Positions 1 through 8,540 of a stretch of DNA of 64,000 nt are shown here, in pieces. The stretch's first letter is position 1. Every line of letters starts with the position of its first letter. Under the pieces are notes generated by a model that saw only the letters and a program-made list of their open reading frames with translations, did no database searches and was not told the origin of the DNA. The stretch comes from Candidatus Acidiferrum sp. (GTDB taxonomy: Bacteria; Acidobacteriota; Terriglobia; Acidiferrales; UBA7541). The translations under genes and the position numbers were made by a program. The stretch is from contig DATNMD010000049.1 of the NCBI GenBank assembly GCA_035602505.1, positions 8,784 through 72,783 of the forward strand. The letters run 5' to 3'.

Positions 1-521
1 AAGAAGCCTCGTGGCATGACGCCCACGACCGTCACTGGCTCCCCGTCCATCAGGATCGAACGGCCGATGATTCCCGGATCTCCCGCGTAGCGCCGTTGCC
101 ACAGCTCGTGTCTCAGCACCACTACGCGGCTCTTGGCCGCATCTTCCTGGGCCGTGAATGGCCTCCCGATCGCTGGCTGCACTCCCAGCACATCGAAAAA
201 GTTCGGCGTCACGCCTCGCCCCAGCACCTGCTCCGGCGCCTGATCGCCAGTCAAAGCAGCATTGACGTACCGCGCCGCCATCATATCCGTAAACACCTGG
301 TTCTGCGCCTTCCAGTCCACGTAGTTGGCCGGCGCCGGTGTGTTATGCGCAAACCCAATAAAAGACGCGTCTTCCCACACCATCACCAACCGTTCCGGCT
401 GCGCGTAGGGAAGAGCCCGAAGCAGCACGTCCTCCACCGCGCTGAAAATAGCCGTGTTAGCCCCGATCCCCAGCGCCAGCGCCGCCACTGCCACCGCGAA
501 GAATCCCGGATTGCGCTTCAC
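1..521 (-). CDS. ABC transporter permease, MacB-like/ADOP family (5' part only; runs off the window)
   Basis: Minus-strand reading gives LRQVKRNPGFFAVAVAALALGIGANTAIFSAVEDVLLRALPYAQPERLVMVWED...VTVVGVMP, the typical ADOP N-terminus. In-frame start is GTG at 521; the ATG at 559 is out of frame. Not in the ORF track because it is truncated. Confidence 0.9.
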   Translation of the reverse strand, partial: MKRNPGFFAVAVAALALGIGANTAIFSAVEDVLLRALPYAQPERLVMVWEDASFIGFAHNTPAPANYVDWKAQNQVFTDMMAARYVNAALTGDQAPEQVLGRGVTPNFFDVLGVQPAIGRPFTAQEDAAKSRVVVLRHELWQRRYAGDPGIIGRSILMDGEPVTVVGVMPRGF

Positions 522-695
522 TTGCCGTAATTAGGTTTAAGAGAAGATAGAAAGTCCATGTGGGAGGATACGTTTTACGTATCAAAACGTTCCCTGACAG
601 CGACCCTTCACTTGGGATAACGACGCGGATGCGATGCGGAAAAAACGTGAACCTAGCCGATCTTCACTCCCTCGAGCGCGAGACATCCAGACCGC

Positions 696-949
696 GCTTG
701 CAACTCATTGAAAACGAGGGCCTGTATAATTTAACTTGACAAAGATAGTACCAATCATGTAATATTCGGTATGAAGTTCCGCTTCGTCATCCTTTTGCCC
801 CCTCTAAGTTCTTTAGAATGTGCACTTACAGATTTCCCGCCTTTTTCGCCAAAAACTGCTCCTGCAACTCCTTCATATTCCGCACTTACAGACACCCCCA
901 CGGTTAAGTCCTTTAGAATACGCACTTACAAAAACAGGGGGGGTGGGGG
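696..949 (+). repeat. Promoter-led intergenic element, copy A
   Basis: Left motif GCTTGCAACTCATTGAAAACGAGGG (~696-720), TTGACA 736-741, three ~25 bp motifs (806-830 AAGTTCTTTAGAATGTGCACTTACA; 866-890 AACTCCTTCATATTCCGCACTTACA; 906-930 AAGTCCTTTAGAATACGCACTTACA), then AAAACAGGGGGGGTGGGGG. Confidence 0.8.
736..765 (+). promoter_or_regulatory. sigma70-like promoter in element A
   Basis: TTGACA (736-741), 18 nt spacer, TAATAT (760-765), with AT-rich sequence upstream. Confidence 0.65.
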
Positions 950-962
950 TGCTTCCGGTTCG

Positions 963-2318
963 CTACTTGGCTCCGCCTTCAACCTGGTACATAGTGATCC
1001 CGCTCAGGAGCTTGGGGTAAAAGTCGGTTGATTTCTGCGGCAGGACTTCACCGGCGGTGGCGATGCGCATCACCTGCTCCACGTCGCAGGCGTTGAGGAG
1101 AAAGGCGATCTGTGCCGCGCCGCTGTCCACGGCGTCCAGCGCCACCGAGGCTTCGCGCTCGTACGTCAGGTTCTTCTCCGAGGTTACCGCTTGCGGCGTG
1201 ATACCCAGGGCCGGCTCCAGGATTCCTTCGTGGAGCAACACCACGTCCAGCTCCCGCTGCAGCGGCGAAACATTGGGCAGGAGTTGCGCGAGGTCCGTGC
1301 CAGATCGCAGCGTAAGCACATAGTGCGCGTGCTTCGCGCCCTGCGCCGCCGGATACACACCGATGGAGCGTTGCGCACGCGTTTCGGCGAGGCGATTTAA
1401 GAATTTGCTGCGAGCTTCAGCTCGCTCTCCTTCGTTGCGAAAAGAAAACGCTTCCGCGGTAAACCACGGCTCAAGGTGGCGGCGCACACTGGGCCAGGAG
1501 AAATCGTGCAGGTTGGCCGCGACGCGGTGCGTCGGCAAAATTATCAGCCCTTCGCTGCGCGTATTGATGAAGGTCATCATCGCGAATTCGTAAGGCGCGC
1601 TGGGATCTATGTGGCCTGCTTCGCGGCGCCGCTCGTATCGGTAGGTAAGCGCGGTCTCATAGCGGTGATGGCCGTCGGCAATGACCAGCTTTTGATCCGC
1701 CATGGCTTGCTGGATCGCCGCCACACGTTCCGGCTCCGCGATGACCCACAGGCGATGCACAACGCCGTATTCGTCGCGCAGCTCAGTGGCGGGAGCCGAG
1801 CTTGATTCCGCTTCGGCGAGAATCGCGTCGACGCGCCGCTCCGCGTCCGAGTACAGCATGAAAAGCTGGCCGGTGTGCGTGCGCGTATGGCGAAGAAGTT
1901 CCAAGCGATCAGCTTTTGGGCCGGAAAGCGTCTGCTCATGGCGAAAAACAATGCCGGCAGAATAGTCCTCGAGCTTGCCGGTGCCGATGAAGCCGCGGCG
2001 CGTGCGTCGCTCCTCGGTGCCGGGAACGGCGTATTCCTGGGTGTAGGCGTAAAACGAAGGAGCAGGGTCCTGTACGACGATATTGCTGCGGATCCAGTCT
2101 TGAAACGCTGAGGCCGCGCGCGTGTACACATTGTTTTGCGGAGAATCGTTCGGGAAAACGCGGCCCTTCTCGATGGCGATCAGGTTGTGCGGGTCGGCGG
2201 CGTAATACTTCTCCTGCATGGCAGGCGAAATTTTGTCATACGGCTGCGTGAGCACGCGATCGAACGCGGCGCGCGCCGGATTGTAGCGGAAGGCGCGAAA
2301 GGGATGAACCTGGGCCAT
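963..2318 (-). CDS. DUF1015 family protein
   Basis: FRAFRY..VLTQPYDKIS N-terminus, IADGHHRYETA core, PQKSTDFYPKLLSG C-terminus. GGAG lies 5 nt before ATG 2318. Confidence 0.9.
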   Translation of the reverse strand: MAQVHPFRAFRYNPARAAFDRVLTQPYDKISPAMQEKYYAADPHNLIAIEKGRVFPNDSPQNNVYTRAASAFQDWIRSNIVVQDPAPSFYAYTQEYAVPGTEERRTRRGFIGTGKLEDYSAGIVFRHEQTLSGPKADRLELLRHTRTHTGQLFMLYSDAERRVDAILAEAESSSAPATELRDEYGVVHRLWVIAEPERVAAIQQAMADQKLVIADGHHRYETALTYRYERRREAGHIDPSAPYEFAMMTFINTRSEGLIILPTHRVAANLHDFSWPSVRRHLEPWFTAEAFSFRNEGERAEARSKFLNRLAETRAQRSIGVYPAAQGAKHAHYVLTLRSGTDLAQLLPNVSPLQRELDVVLLHEGILEPALGITPQAVTSEKNLTYEREASVALDAVDSGAAQIAFLLNACDVEQVMRIATAGEVLPQKSTDFYPKLLSGITMYQVEGGAK

Positions 2319-2497
2319 CAAGTCTCCGGTGTCAGTGTGAGCAGCATGCGAAGCCCTCCATTTTACGTGAAGAGTGCGCGTTTCAGAAAACGCGTGAAGT
2401 CGCTGACGATTCCGGTGCCGCTTGCGTTTGGAATTTACATCACGGAAGTGAGGACAAACCGCCGCACTCTACAAAGAGCGTATTAGAATGAACGTTT

Positions 2498-3172
2498 ATG
2501 GCTGATGCTAAATTTTGCCCGGTACGCGCGCTGATTTTTGACTTGGACGGCACGCTGATCGATTCCAAGGTTGATCTGATCCATTCCGTGAACGCCATGC
2601 TGCACGAGATGAAACGGCCGCAGCTTGCGACGGAAACGATTTCCGGTTACATCGGGCATGGCGCTCCGCAGTTGGTGGCGCGCGCGCTGGGCGGCGCTGC
2701 AACCGAGGAGGAGCTAAAGCACGCGCTGCAATTTTTTCTCGGTTATTACGAAGAGCACAAAATGGATAACACGTGCGCGTATCCCGATGTGCAGGAAACG
2801 CTGGCGCAACTGAGTCACATGCCCATGGCCGTGCTTACCAACAAACCGGCGCGCATCAGCGTGCGCATTCTGAAATCGCTGGGGCTGGAAAACTATTTCC
2901 GCACGATCTATGGCGGCAACAGTTTTGAATCGAAGAAGCCGGATCCATTTGGCGCGAAGAAAATCCTGCAGGAGTTTGGCATTGCAGCGCGCGAGGCGCT
3001 GCTCGTCGGCGATTCCGAAGTGGACGTACAAACCGCGCGCAACGCAGGCACGCAGGCCGCGGCAGTGAACTATGGATTCGGCGTGCACGACCGCGCAGCG
3101 CACCCGGCCGACATTTACTTAGACCGCTTCGCCGATCTCGCGGACGTTGTAGGCAACCACAACGCCGTGTAG
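2498..3172 (+). CDS. HAD-IA hydrolase, phosphoglycolate phosphatase-like
   Basis: IFDLDGTLIDS, VLTNK, KKPDP and VGDSEVD motifs. Confidence 0.9.
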   Translation: MADAKFCPVRALIFDLDGTLIDSKVDLIHSVNAMLHEMKRPQLATETISGYIGHGAPQLVARALGGAATEEELKHALQFFLGYYEEHKMDNTCAYPDVQETLAQLSHMPMAVLTNKPARISVRILKSLGLENYFRTIYGGNSFESKKPDPFGAKKILQEFGIAAREALLVGDSEVDVQTARNAGTQAAAVNYGFGVHDRAAHPADIYLDRFADLADVVGNHNAV

Positions 3173-3194
3173 AGCGCGGACGGAAACTGTAGCT

Positions 3195-4352
3195 ATGCGG
3201 CGTCTTGTGTTCCCGCGCGGCGCTTGGCAGACTCGACGCGTGCTCCTTGGACTCTTCTCTGAGCTGGACACGCCCGGCGGAGTGCAGCGGGCGGGGCGGC
3301 ACGTTGCCGCGGTGATGAATGAATTTGCCGCGGGCCATGGGATGGAGTGCCGGGTGCTGAGCCTGAACGACTCGCCGGAATTGCACCGCATGACCGTGGG
3401 GACGCGCGAATTCGTATTCACCGGCAGCGCACGGGGAAAGGCGCGATTCAGCGTGGCGGCCGCGCGCGCTGCGAGGCGGCGCGCGAAGGTAGTGGTTGCG
3501 GGGCATCCGTTTCTTGCCCCGGTTGCGCAAGGGGCGAAGCTTTTCGCGCGGCGAGCAAAATCCATTGTCTGGACGCATGGGCTGGAAGTGTGGGAGCCGC
3601 TTTCGATTTTGCGGCGGCGCGCGCTGCGCAGCGCAGACTTGGTTGTTGCGCCGACCAACGACACGGCCGATCACGTGGCCAGCGAGCAGGACGTTCCGCG
3701 CGAGCGGATTCGCGTGCTGCCCTGGGCGCTAGACCCGCAGTTCGAGGCGCTGCTCACGGCGAAGCCGGGGGCGGCATTGCCTGCAAACTTTCCTTCGGGG
3801 CGGGTCATCTTGACTGTGGGGCGGTGGTTCGCGGACGAGCGCTATAAGGGAATGGACACGCTGATCACAGCGCTGCCGCGTTTGCTGACAGAGTGGCCGG
3901 ACGTGCAACTTGTTGCCGTCGGCGAAGGCGATGATCAAGGGTGGCTGGAGCAGATTGCGGATGGCCGCGGAGTGCTGCGGCACGTACATTTTTTGAGCGG
4001 GCTGACCTATCCGGAAATTGCAGCGTGTTACCAGGCCAGCGAGATTTTCGCGCTGCCGAGCCGCGGAGAAGGCTTTGGCCTTGTGTATCTGGAAGCAATG
4101 GCGTGCGGCAAGCCGGTAATCGGCGGAGCGCACGGCGGCGCCCCGGAAGTGATCGACGACGGAAAAACGGGATATTTGGTGCAGCACGGCGACGCGGGGC
4201 AACTGGCGACTTCGCTGGAAACGCTCTTGGCCGATCCGGCGTTGGCACGCGAGATGGGCGCGCGCGGGCGCGAACGCGTGGAGCGGGAATTCCGGTTCAA
4301 TGTTTTCGCGAAATCGCTGAAAAAGATTTTGCGCGATCTATGCGAATCCTGA
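3195..4352 (+). CDS. Glycosyltransferase family 4
   Basis: C-terminal FALPSRGEGFGLVYLEAMACGKPVIGG GT-B signature. Confidence 0.9.
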   Translation: MRRLVFPRGAWQTRRVLLGLFSELDTPGGVQRAGRHVAAVMNEFAAGHGMECRVLSLNDSPELHRMTVGTREFVFTGSARGKARFSVAAARAARRRAKVVVAGHPFLAPVAQGAKLFARRAKSIVWTHGLEVWEPLSILRRRALRSADLVVAPTNDTADHVASEQDVPRERIRVLPWALDPQFEALLTAKPGAALPANFPSGRVILTVGRWFADERYKGMDTLITALPRLLTEWPDVQLVAVGEGDDQGWLEQIADGRGVLRHVHFLSGLTYPEIAACYQASEIFALPSRGEGFGLVYLEAMACGKPVIGGAHGGAPEVIDDGKTGYLVQHGDAGQLATSLETLLADPALAREMGARGRERVEREFRFNVFAKSLKKILRDLCES

Positions 4353-5569
4353 ACGTTACGCAGACCTATTTTCCATTTTTGGAATTCGGCGGCCCGCCGG
4401 TAAAAGTGCGGTCGCTATCACAACAGCTCGCAAAGCTGGGGCACCATGTGACGGTGCTAACGGCGGATTGGGGCTTGAAGTCGCGTGCTGCTGCGGCTGC
4501 GGCTGCGGTCGAGAGCGGCGGGGAGCGATCGGCATTGGGATGGCAGCTTGAGGAAAGTGGAATCGAGGCGATTTACTTGCCGACCTGGCTGCACTATCGC
4601 GCGCTGAGCTGGAATCCCGGGATCGCAAGATTTTGCCGCACGCGATTGTGGAATTTCGACGTGGTGCACATTTTTGGGCTGTACGATTTCTTGGGGCCGG
4701 CGGTGGCGGCGGCCTGCCGGCGCAGCGGAATTCCTTATGTGGTCGAACCGATTGGCATGTTCATGCCAATTGTCAGGAATTTTCTGCTTAAACGAATGTA
4801 TCATTTAGCCTTGGGACAACGGATGCTGCGGGGTTCACGCAAGGTCATCGCCACCTCACCGCAGGAAGTAGCGGAGCTTGCCTCATCGGGATTGCCGGCG
4901 GAAAAGATCTTGGTACGCCGTAACGGAGTGGAAGTACCAGAAACGCTGCCAGACCGAGGCAAATTTCGCGCCAGCGCGGGTATACCAGAAAACGCCAAGG
5001 TCATCCTGTACCTTGGGCGATTATCCGAAAAGAAAAGTCCGGATGTTCTCCTGCAAGCATTCGCATTGCTTTGCAAAGCGAAGAGCGATGCGGAGCTGCG
5101 CCTCGTGTTTGCGGGACCCGATGACGACGGCATGAAGGAGAAACTACTGCGAATGGCCGGCGAGTTAGGAGTTTCGTCGAGCGTGCAAATCCGCGGCGCT
5201 GCGTATGGCGAGCAAAAATGGAACGCCTATACGGACGCCGACGTTTTCGTGTTGCCTTCGCAAAGTGAAAATTTCGGAAATACCGCTGGCGAAGCAGTGG
5301 CCGCGGGTACTCCGGTGGTGGTCACAGACAAATGCGGAGTCGCGCCGCTGCTCGCGGACGTTGCTGGGCTGGTGGTGGCGCACGATGCAGCGGCCATGGC
5401 GCAGGCCCTGGCGCGCGTGTTGTGGGAGCCGGGACTTCACGCGCGGCTGACCGCAGGATGCAGAAAAGTCGCGGCGCGGCTCGATTGGGACGAGCCGGCG
5501 CAAGAGATGGAGAACCTGTACGAGCAATTGGTGAAGGACGAAAAGCAGACTGCAGAACTGCTGCACTGA
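4340..5569 (+). CDS. Glycosyltransferase family 4
   Basis: MRILNVTQTYFP start at 4340, in frame with track ORF 3941 and overlapping the upstream stop; YLGRLSEKKSPD and FVLPSQSENFGNTAGEAVAAGTPVV. Confidence 0.9.
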   Translation: MRILNVTQTYFPFLEFGGPPVKVRSLSQQLAKLGHHVTVLTADWGLKSRAAAAAAAVESGGERSALGWQLEESGIEAIYLPTWLHYRALSWNPGIARFCRTRLWNFDVVHIFGLYDFLGPAVAAACRRSGIPYVVEPIGMFMPIVRNFLLKRMYHLALGQRMLRGSRKVIATSPQEVAELASSGLPAEKILVRRNGVEVPETLPDRGKFRASAGIPENAKVILYLGRLSEKKSPDVLLQAFALLCKAKSDAELRLVFAGPDDDGMKEKLLRMAGELGVSSSVQIRGAAYGEQKWNAYTDADVFVLPSQSENFGNTAGEAVAAGTPVVVTDKCGVAPLLADVAGLVVAHDAAAMAQALARVLWEPGLHARLTAGCRKVAARLDWDEPAQEMENLYEQLVKDEKQTAELLH

Positions 5570-5579
5570 GGGTGGTATT

Positions 5580-6437
5580 TTGCCGACTCGAAGGCATCGC
5601 ATCTTTCGCGGAGTGTGGTGGAGCGCGAATTTCCTCCTGCTGTTAGCGCTGCTGGCCTTGGTTTATTCGGGAGGCTGGGAATACTCGGTTCGGCGATATC
5701 TCGACGGGTTTTCAGACGCCATCGTGCCGAGCTCGGAGCCTGCCGAGCGGCAAGCGGAGGCCATTCTTGATTGGATGCGGAGAGGCCCGCCGCGCATGGT
5801 GGCCATAAACCCAGCGGCGTTGCCCGGGCGCGATCCGGAAACAACACTAAACTATCAGCAACTTCTGTCCGTCTGCGGAACGGGCACGAACGCATTTCTG
5901 AACCTTGCACGTAGCAACGGCCTGAGCGTGCGGCGCCTCCTGTTGCTGAATGCGGAGGGCAAGGCGAAGCACGTGGTGGCGGAAGTGTTGATTGAGGGGC
6001 GCTGGGTGATCGCCGACCCCGCGTACCGGATTTTGCTGCGCGACGCAAAAGGGCGTCTTCTGACACGCGAAGAGCTGCGCAATCCAGCGGTGTTTGCGGA
6101 AGCAACCAGCGTGGTGCCCAACTATTTGAAGGAATACAACTACGAAAAGTTTGCACACGTGCGGCTTGCGCGGCTGCCACTGGAAGGATTTCACCTGAGG
6201 CGGTTTCTGGACAAGGCTGTTCCGGGATGGGAGGAGAGCCTTGACTGGACGCTGCTGCTGGAACGCGAGTCATTTTTTGCGCTTTGCGCGTCGGCGCTTG
6301 CGTGCTTTGTTTTTCTGCTGCTCAGGATTCTGCTGGGATGGTATGCGGACAACCGCTTGAAGATTCCGCGATTTCAATTGCGCTCGCAGTTCATACGAGC
6401 GGGAACAACCTTTTTTCGCGCACCGGAGATCAAGTAA
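5580..6437 (+). CDS. Membrane-anchored transglutaminase-like (Cys-His-Asp) protein
   Basis: N- and C-terminal hydrophobic helices; SVCGT..N, KHVVAEV and WVIADP give the papain-like triad order. Confidence 0.7.
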   Translation: MPTRRHRIFRGVWWSANFLLLLALLALVYSGGWEYSVRRYLDGFSDAIVPSSEPAERQAEAILDWMRRGPPRMVAINPAALPGRDPETTLNYQQLLSVCGTGTNAFLNLARSNGLSVRRLLLLNAEGKAKHVVAEVLIEGRWVIADPAYRILLRDAKGRLLTREELRNPAVFAEATSVVPNYLKEYNYEKFAHVRLARLPLEGFHLRRFLDKAVPGWEESLDWTLLLERESFFALCASALACFVFLLLRILLGWYADNRLKIPRFQLRSQFIRAGTTFFRAPEIK

Positions 6438-6440
6438 AGC

Positions 6441-8396
6441 GTGTGCGGCATCTGCGGAATCGCTTTTGCCGGGCGCAGCTCTGAAGCAGAATCGCGAGTG
6501 CGGGCGATGGCTACGGCGATGCAGCACCGCGGCCCGGACGATGACGGTTTTCTGGTCAACGAAACGCGCGCTCCGGGCTTGGCGCTGGGCATGCGCCGGC
6601 TCAGCATCATCGATCTAAAAACCGGTCGCCAGCCCGTCTGGAACGAAACGCGCGACGTGGCGGTGATTTTCAACGGCGAGCTTTATAATTACCGCCAGCT
6701 GCGCGAAAGACTCATACTCTCCGGACATCGATTCGCCACACAATCCGACACGGAAATCCTGGTGCACGCGTGGGAAGAGTGGGGCGAGGACTGCCTGGAC
6801 GAGCTGCGCGGGATGTTCGCATTGGCGCTTCTGGATTTGCGGAAGCGTTATGCCACGGCGCCTTTGCTTTTTCTGGCGCGCGACCCACTGGGCATCAAGC
6901 CTTTGTACTACACGCAAACTGGCGATGGATTTGCGTTCGCCTCAGAAGTTCGCGCGTTAGTGGCCGGGGCAGTGGCGCCGAAAACACTTTCGCCGGACGC
7001 GCTGACGTCGTACTTCCTATTTGGCAGTGTTTCGGAACCAGTCACACTTCTGGATGGGGTATTTTCGCTTCCGCCCGGGCATCGCATGCTGCTGTACGTG
7101 CCGGAAAGGCGACGCATGCCGCGCGCGCGGGCGTGGTGGGACGCAACGCGGAGCCCGGCGGCGAAGGATGGGCGAGCAACGAGAGATTTTGCTTCCGCGA
7201 CAAGGGGTTTGCGCCCGCTGCTGGAAGACGCGGTGCGCGCGCACCTGATTGCGGATGTTCCAGTGGGATTATTTCTTTCAAGCGGCCTGGATTCCGGCGC
7301 GATTGCGGCGATTGCGGCGCGGGAGCGAGCGGGAATCTGCAGTTTCACGCTCAGCTTTCCGGGAACCGCTTACGATGAGGCGCCGCTTGCGCGCAGCGTC
7401 GCGAAACATTGCGGCACACAACATCGCGAAGTTCCGCTGGAAGGCGACGCGGTTGTGTCCAGGCTCGACGAAGCCGTTGCGGCGCTGGACCAGCCGAGCA
7501 TGGATGGGATTAACACGTATTTCGTCTCATGGGCGGCGCAAGAAGCGGGTCTGAAGGTTGCGTTATCAGGACTTGGAGGCGACGAGCTTTTTGGCGGCTA
7601 TGCGACGTTCACGGATACGCCGCGAATCACGCGACTGATTCGAACGGCGTGGTTTGTGCCTGCGCCGCTGCGGAAGGCTATTGCCCCGCTGCTGCGCGCC
7701 GTAATTGCGGGCAAAAGCAGCCCGGACGCAGCGCGCAAGGCGGTTGCCGCATGGTTGTGGCCGGATGCTTTGCCGCATGCGTATTTTTTCACGCGGGCTT
7801 TGTTTCCGCTGGGCGCGGAATTGTCGCGACTGATCGAGCCGCGATTCCGGCCGAGCACGGTGGGCGCCGATGGTGTAACGCTGGAGCCGACGTGGCTGGG
7901 CTGGCTGGAAAGAGCGGCGGACGGCGCGCGAAAGCTGGAAGGGATGGGCAGTATTTCGTGGCTGGAGATGCGATGCTACATGGCCAGCACGCTGCTGCGC
8001 GATACGGACTCGGTGAGCATGGCGCGCTCGCTGGAAGTGCGCGTGCCGCTGCTGGATACTCCGCTGGTGGAGTTTGTTGGCGCGCTTCCCGATGCAGCCC
8101 GACGGCGCGATGGAACGCCGAAGGCTTTGCTAAACGAGGCGATTGCTGATTTGCTGCCTGAGGAGATTTTGACGCAGAGGAAGCGGACATTTACGCTGCC
8201 GTGGGAGGAGTGGCTGCGGGGCCCGCTGCGGAAGCGGTTAGAGGCGAGTTTTGCCGAGCCTGCGCCAGGTTTGGCGCCGTATCTTCGCGGCGACGGAGTA
8301 CGCGAGGTGTGGTGGGATTTTCTTGCGGGCAAGACTTCGTGGTCGCGGCCGTGGTCGATTTACGCGCTGAATGAGTGGTGCCGGCGACATCTCTAG
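6441..8396 (+). CDS. asnB: Asparagine synthase (glutamine-hydrolysing)-like amidotransferase
   Basis: MCGICG Ntn start, HRGPDD, FNGELYN, LSSGLDSG, LSGLGGDELFGGY and EVRVPLLD. Confidence 0.92.
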   Translation: MCGICGIAFAGRSSEAESRVRAMATAMQHRGPDDDGFLVNETRAPGLALGMRRLSIIDLKTGRQPVWNETRDVAVIFNGELYNYRQLRERLILSGHRFATQSDTEILVHAWEEWGEDCLDELRGMFALALLDLRKRYATAPLLFLARDPLGIKPLYYTQTGDGFAFASEVRALVAGAVAPKTLSPDALTSYFLFGSVSEPVTLLDGVFSLPPGHRMLLYVPERRRMPRARAWWDATRSPAAKDGRATRDFASATRGLRPLLEDAVRAHLIADVPVGLFLSSGLDSGAIAAIAARERAGICSFTLSFPGTAYDEAPLARSVAKHCGTQHREVPLEGDAVVSRLDEAVAALDQPSMDGINTYFVSWAAQEAGLKVALSGLGGDELFGGYATFTDTPRITRLIRTAWFVPAPLRKAIAPLLRAVIAGKSSPDAARKAVAAWLWPDALPHAYFFTRALFPLGAELSRLIEPRFRPSTVGADGVTLEPTWLGWLERAADGARKLEGMGSISWLEMRCYMASTLLRDTDSVSMARSLEVRVPLLDTPLVEFVGALPDAARRRDGTPKALLNEAIADLLPEEILTQRKRTFTLPWEEWLRGPLRKRLEASFAEPAPGLAPYLRGDGVREVWWDFLAGKTSWSRPWSIYALNEWCRRHL

Positions 8397-8449
8397 CACT
8401 GTCGTCTTGCGGTGTGTGAGAGAGATGAATTTTTGTTTCCTGCCTAGCT

Positions 8450-8490
8450 GGGGCGCAGCGGTGCCTGTGTTGGGCAGGCTGCGCCCCTAC
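8450..8490. repeat. REP-like palindrome
   Basis: GGGGCGCAGC...GCTGCGCCCC followed by TAC (GTAG on the minus strand), intergenic. Confidence 0.7.
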
Positions 8491-8540
8491 AAAGATGAGG
8501 AACCGCGGCGGCTGGTCACCTTGCTGTACGATGCTTCTGC

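Noticed and set aside
806-930. CRISPR mini-array (three ~25 bp repeats)
   Set aside because: Gaps are 35 and 15 nt, repeats are degenerate, no cas genes are present, and the same motif recurs in dispersed elements.
936-949. G-quadruplex at element ends
   Set aside because: Only two G-tracts per end; four tracts of three or more G are not present.
3941-4339. N-terminal extension of the second glycosyltransferase given by the ORF track
   Set aside because: It overlaps the upstream GT by 400 nt; the GT4-typical start MRILNV is at 4340.
4486-4510. GCGGCT microsatellite as a phase-variation switch
   Set aside because: A hexamer unit keeps the frame (poly-Ala linker) and has only about three units.
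5580-8396. Lasso-peptide locus (transglutaminase-like B2 plus AsnB-like cyclase)
   Set aside because: AsnB retains the N-terminal Cys glutaminase domain, the transglutaminase-like protein is membrane-anchored, and there is no PqqD/RRE or precursor; the context is glycan synthesis.
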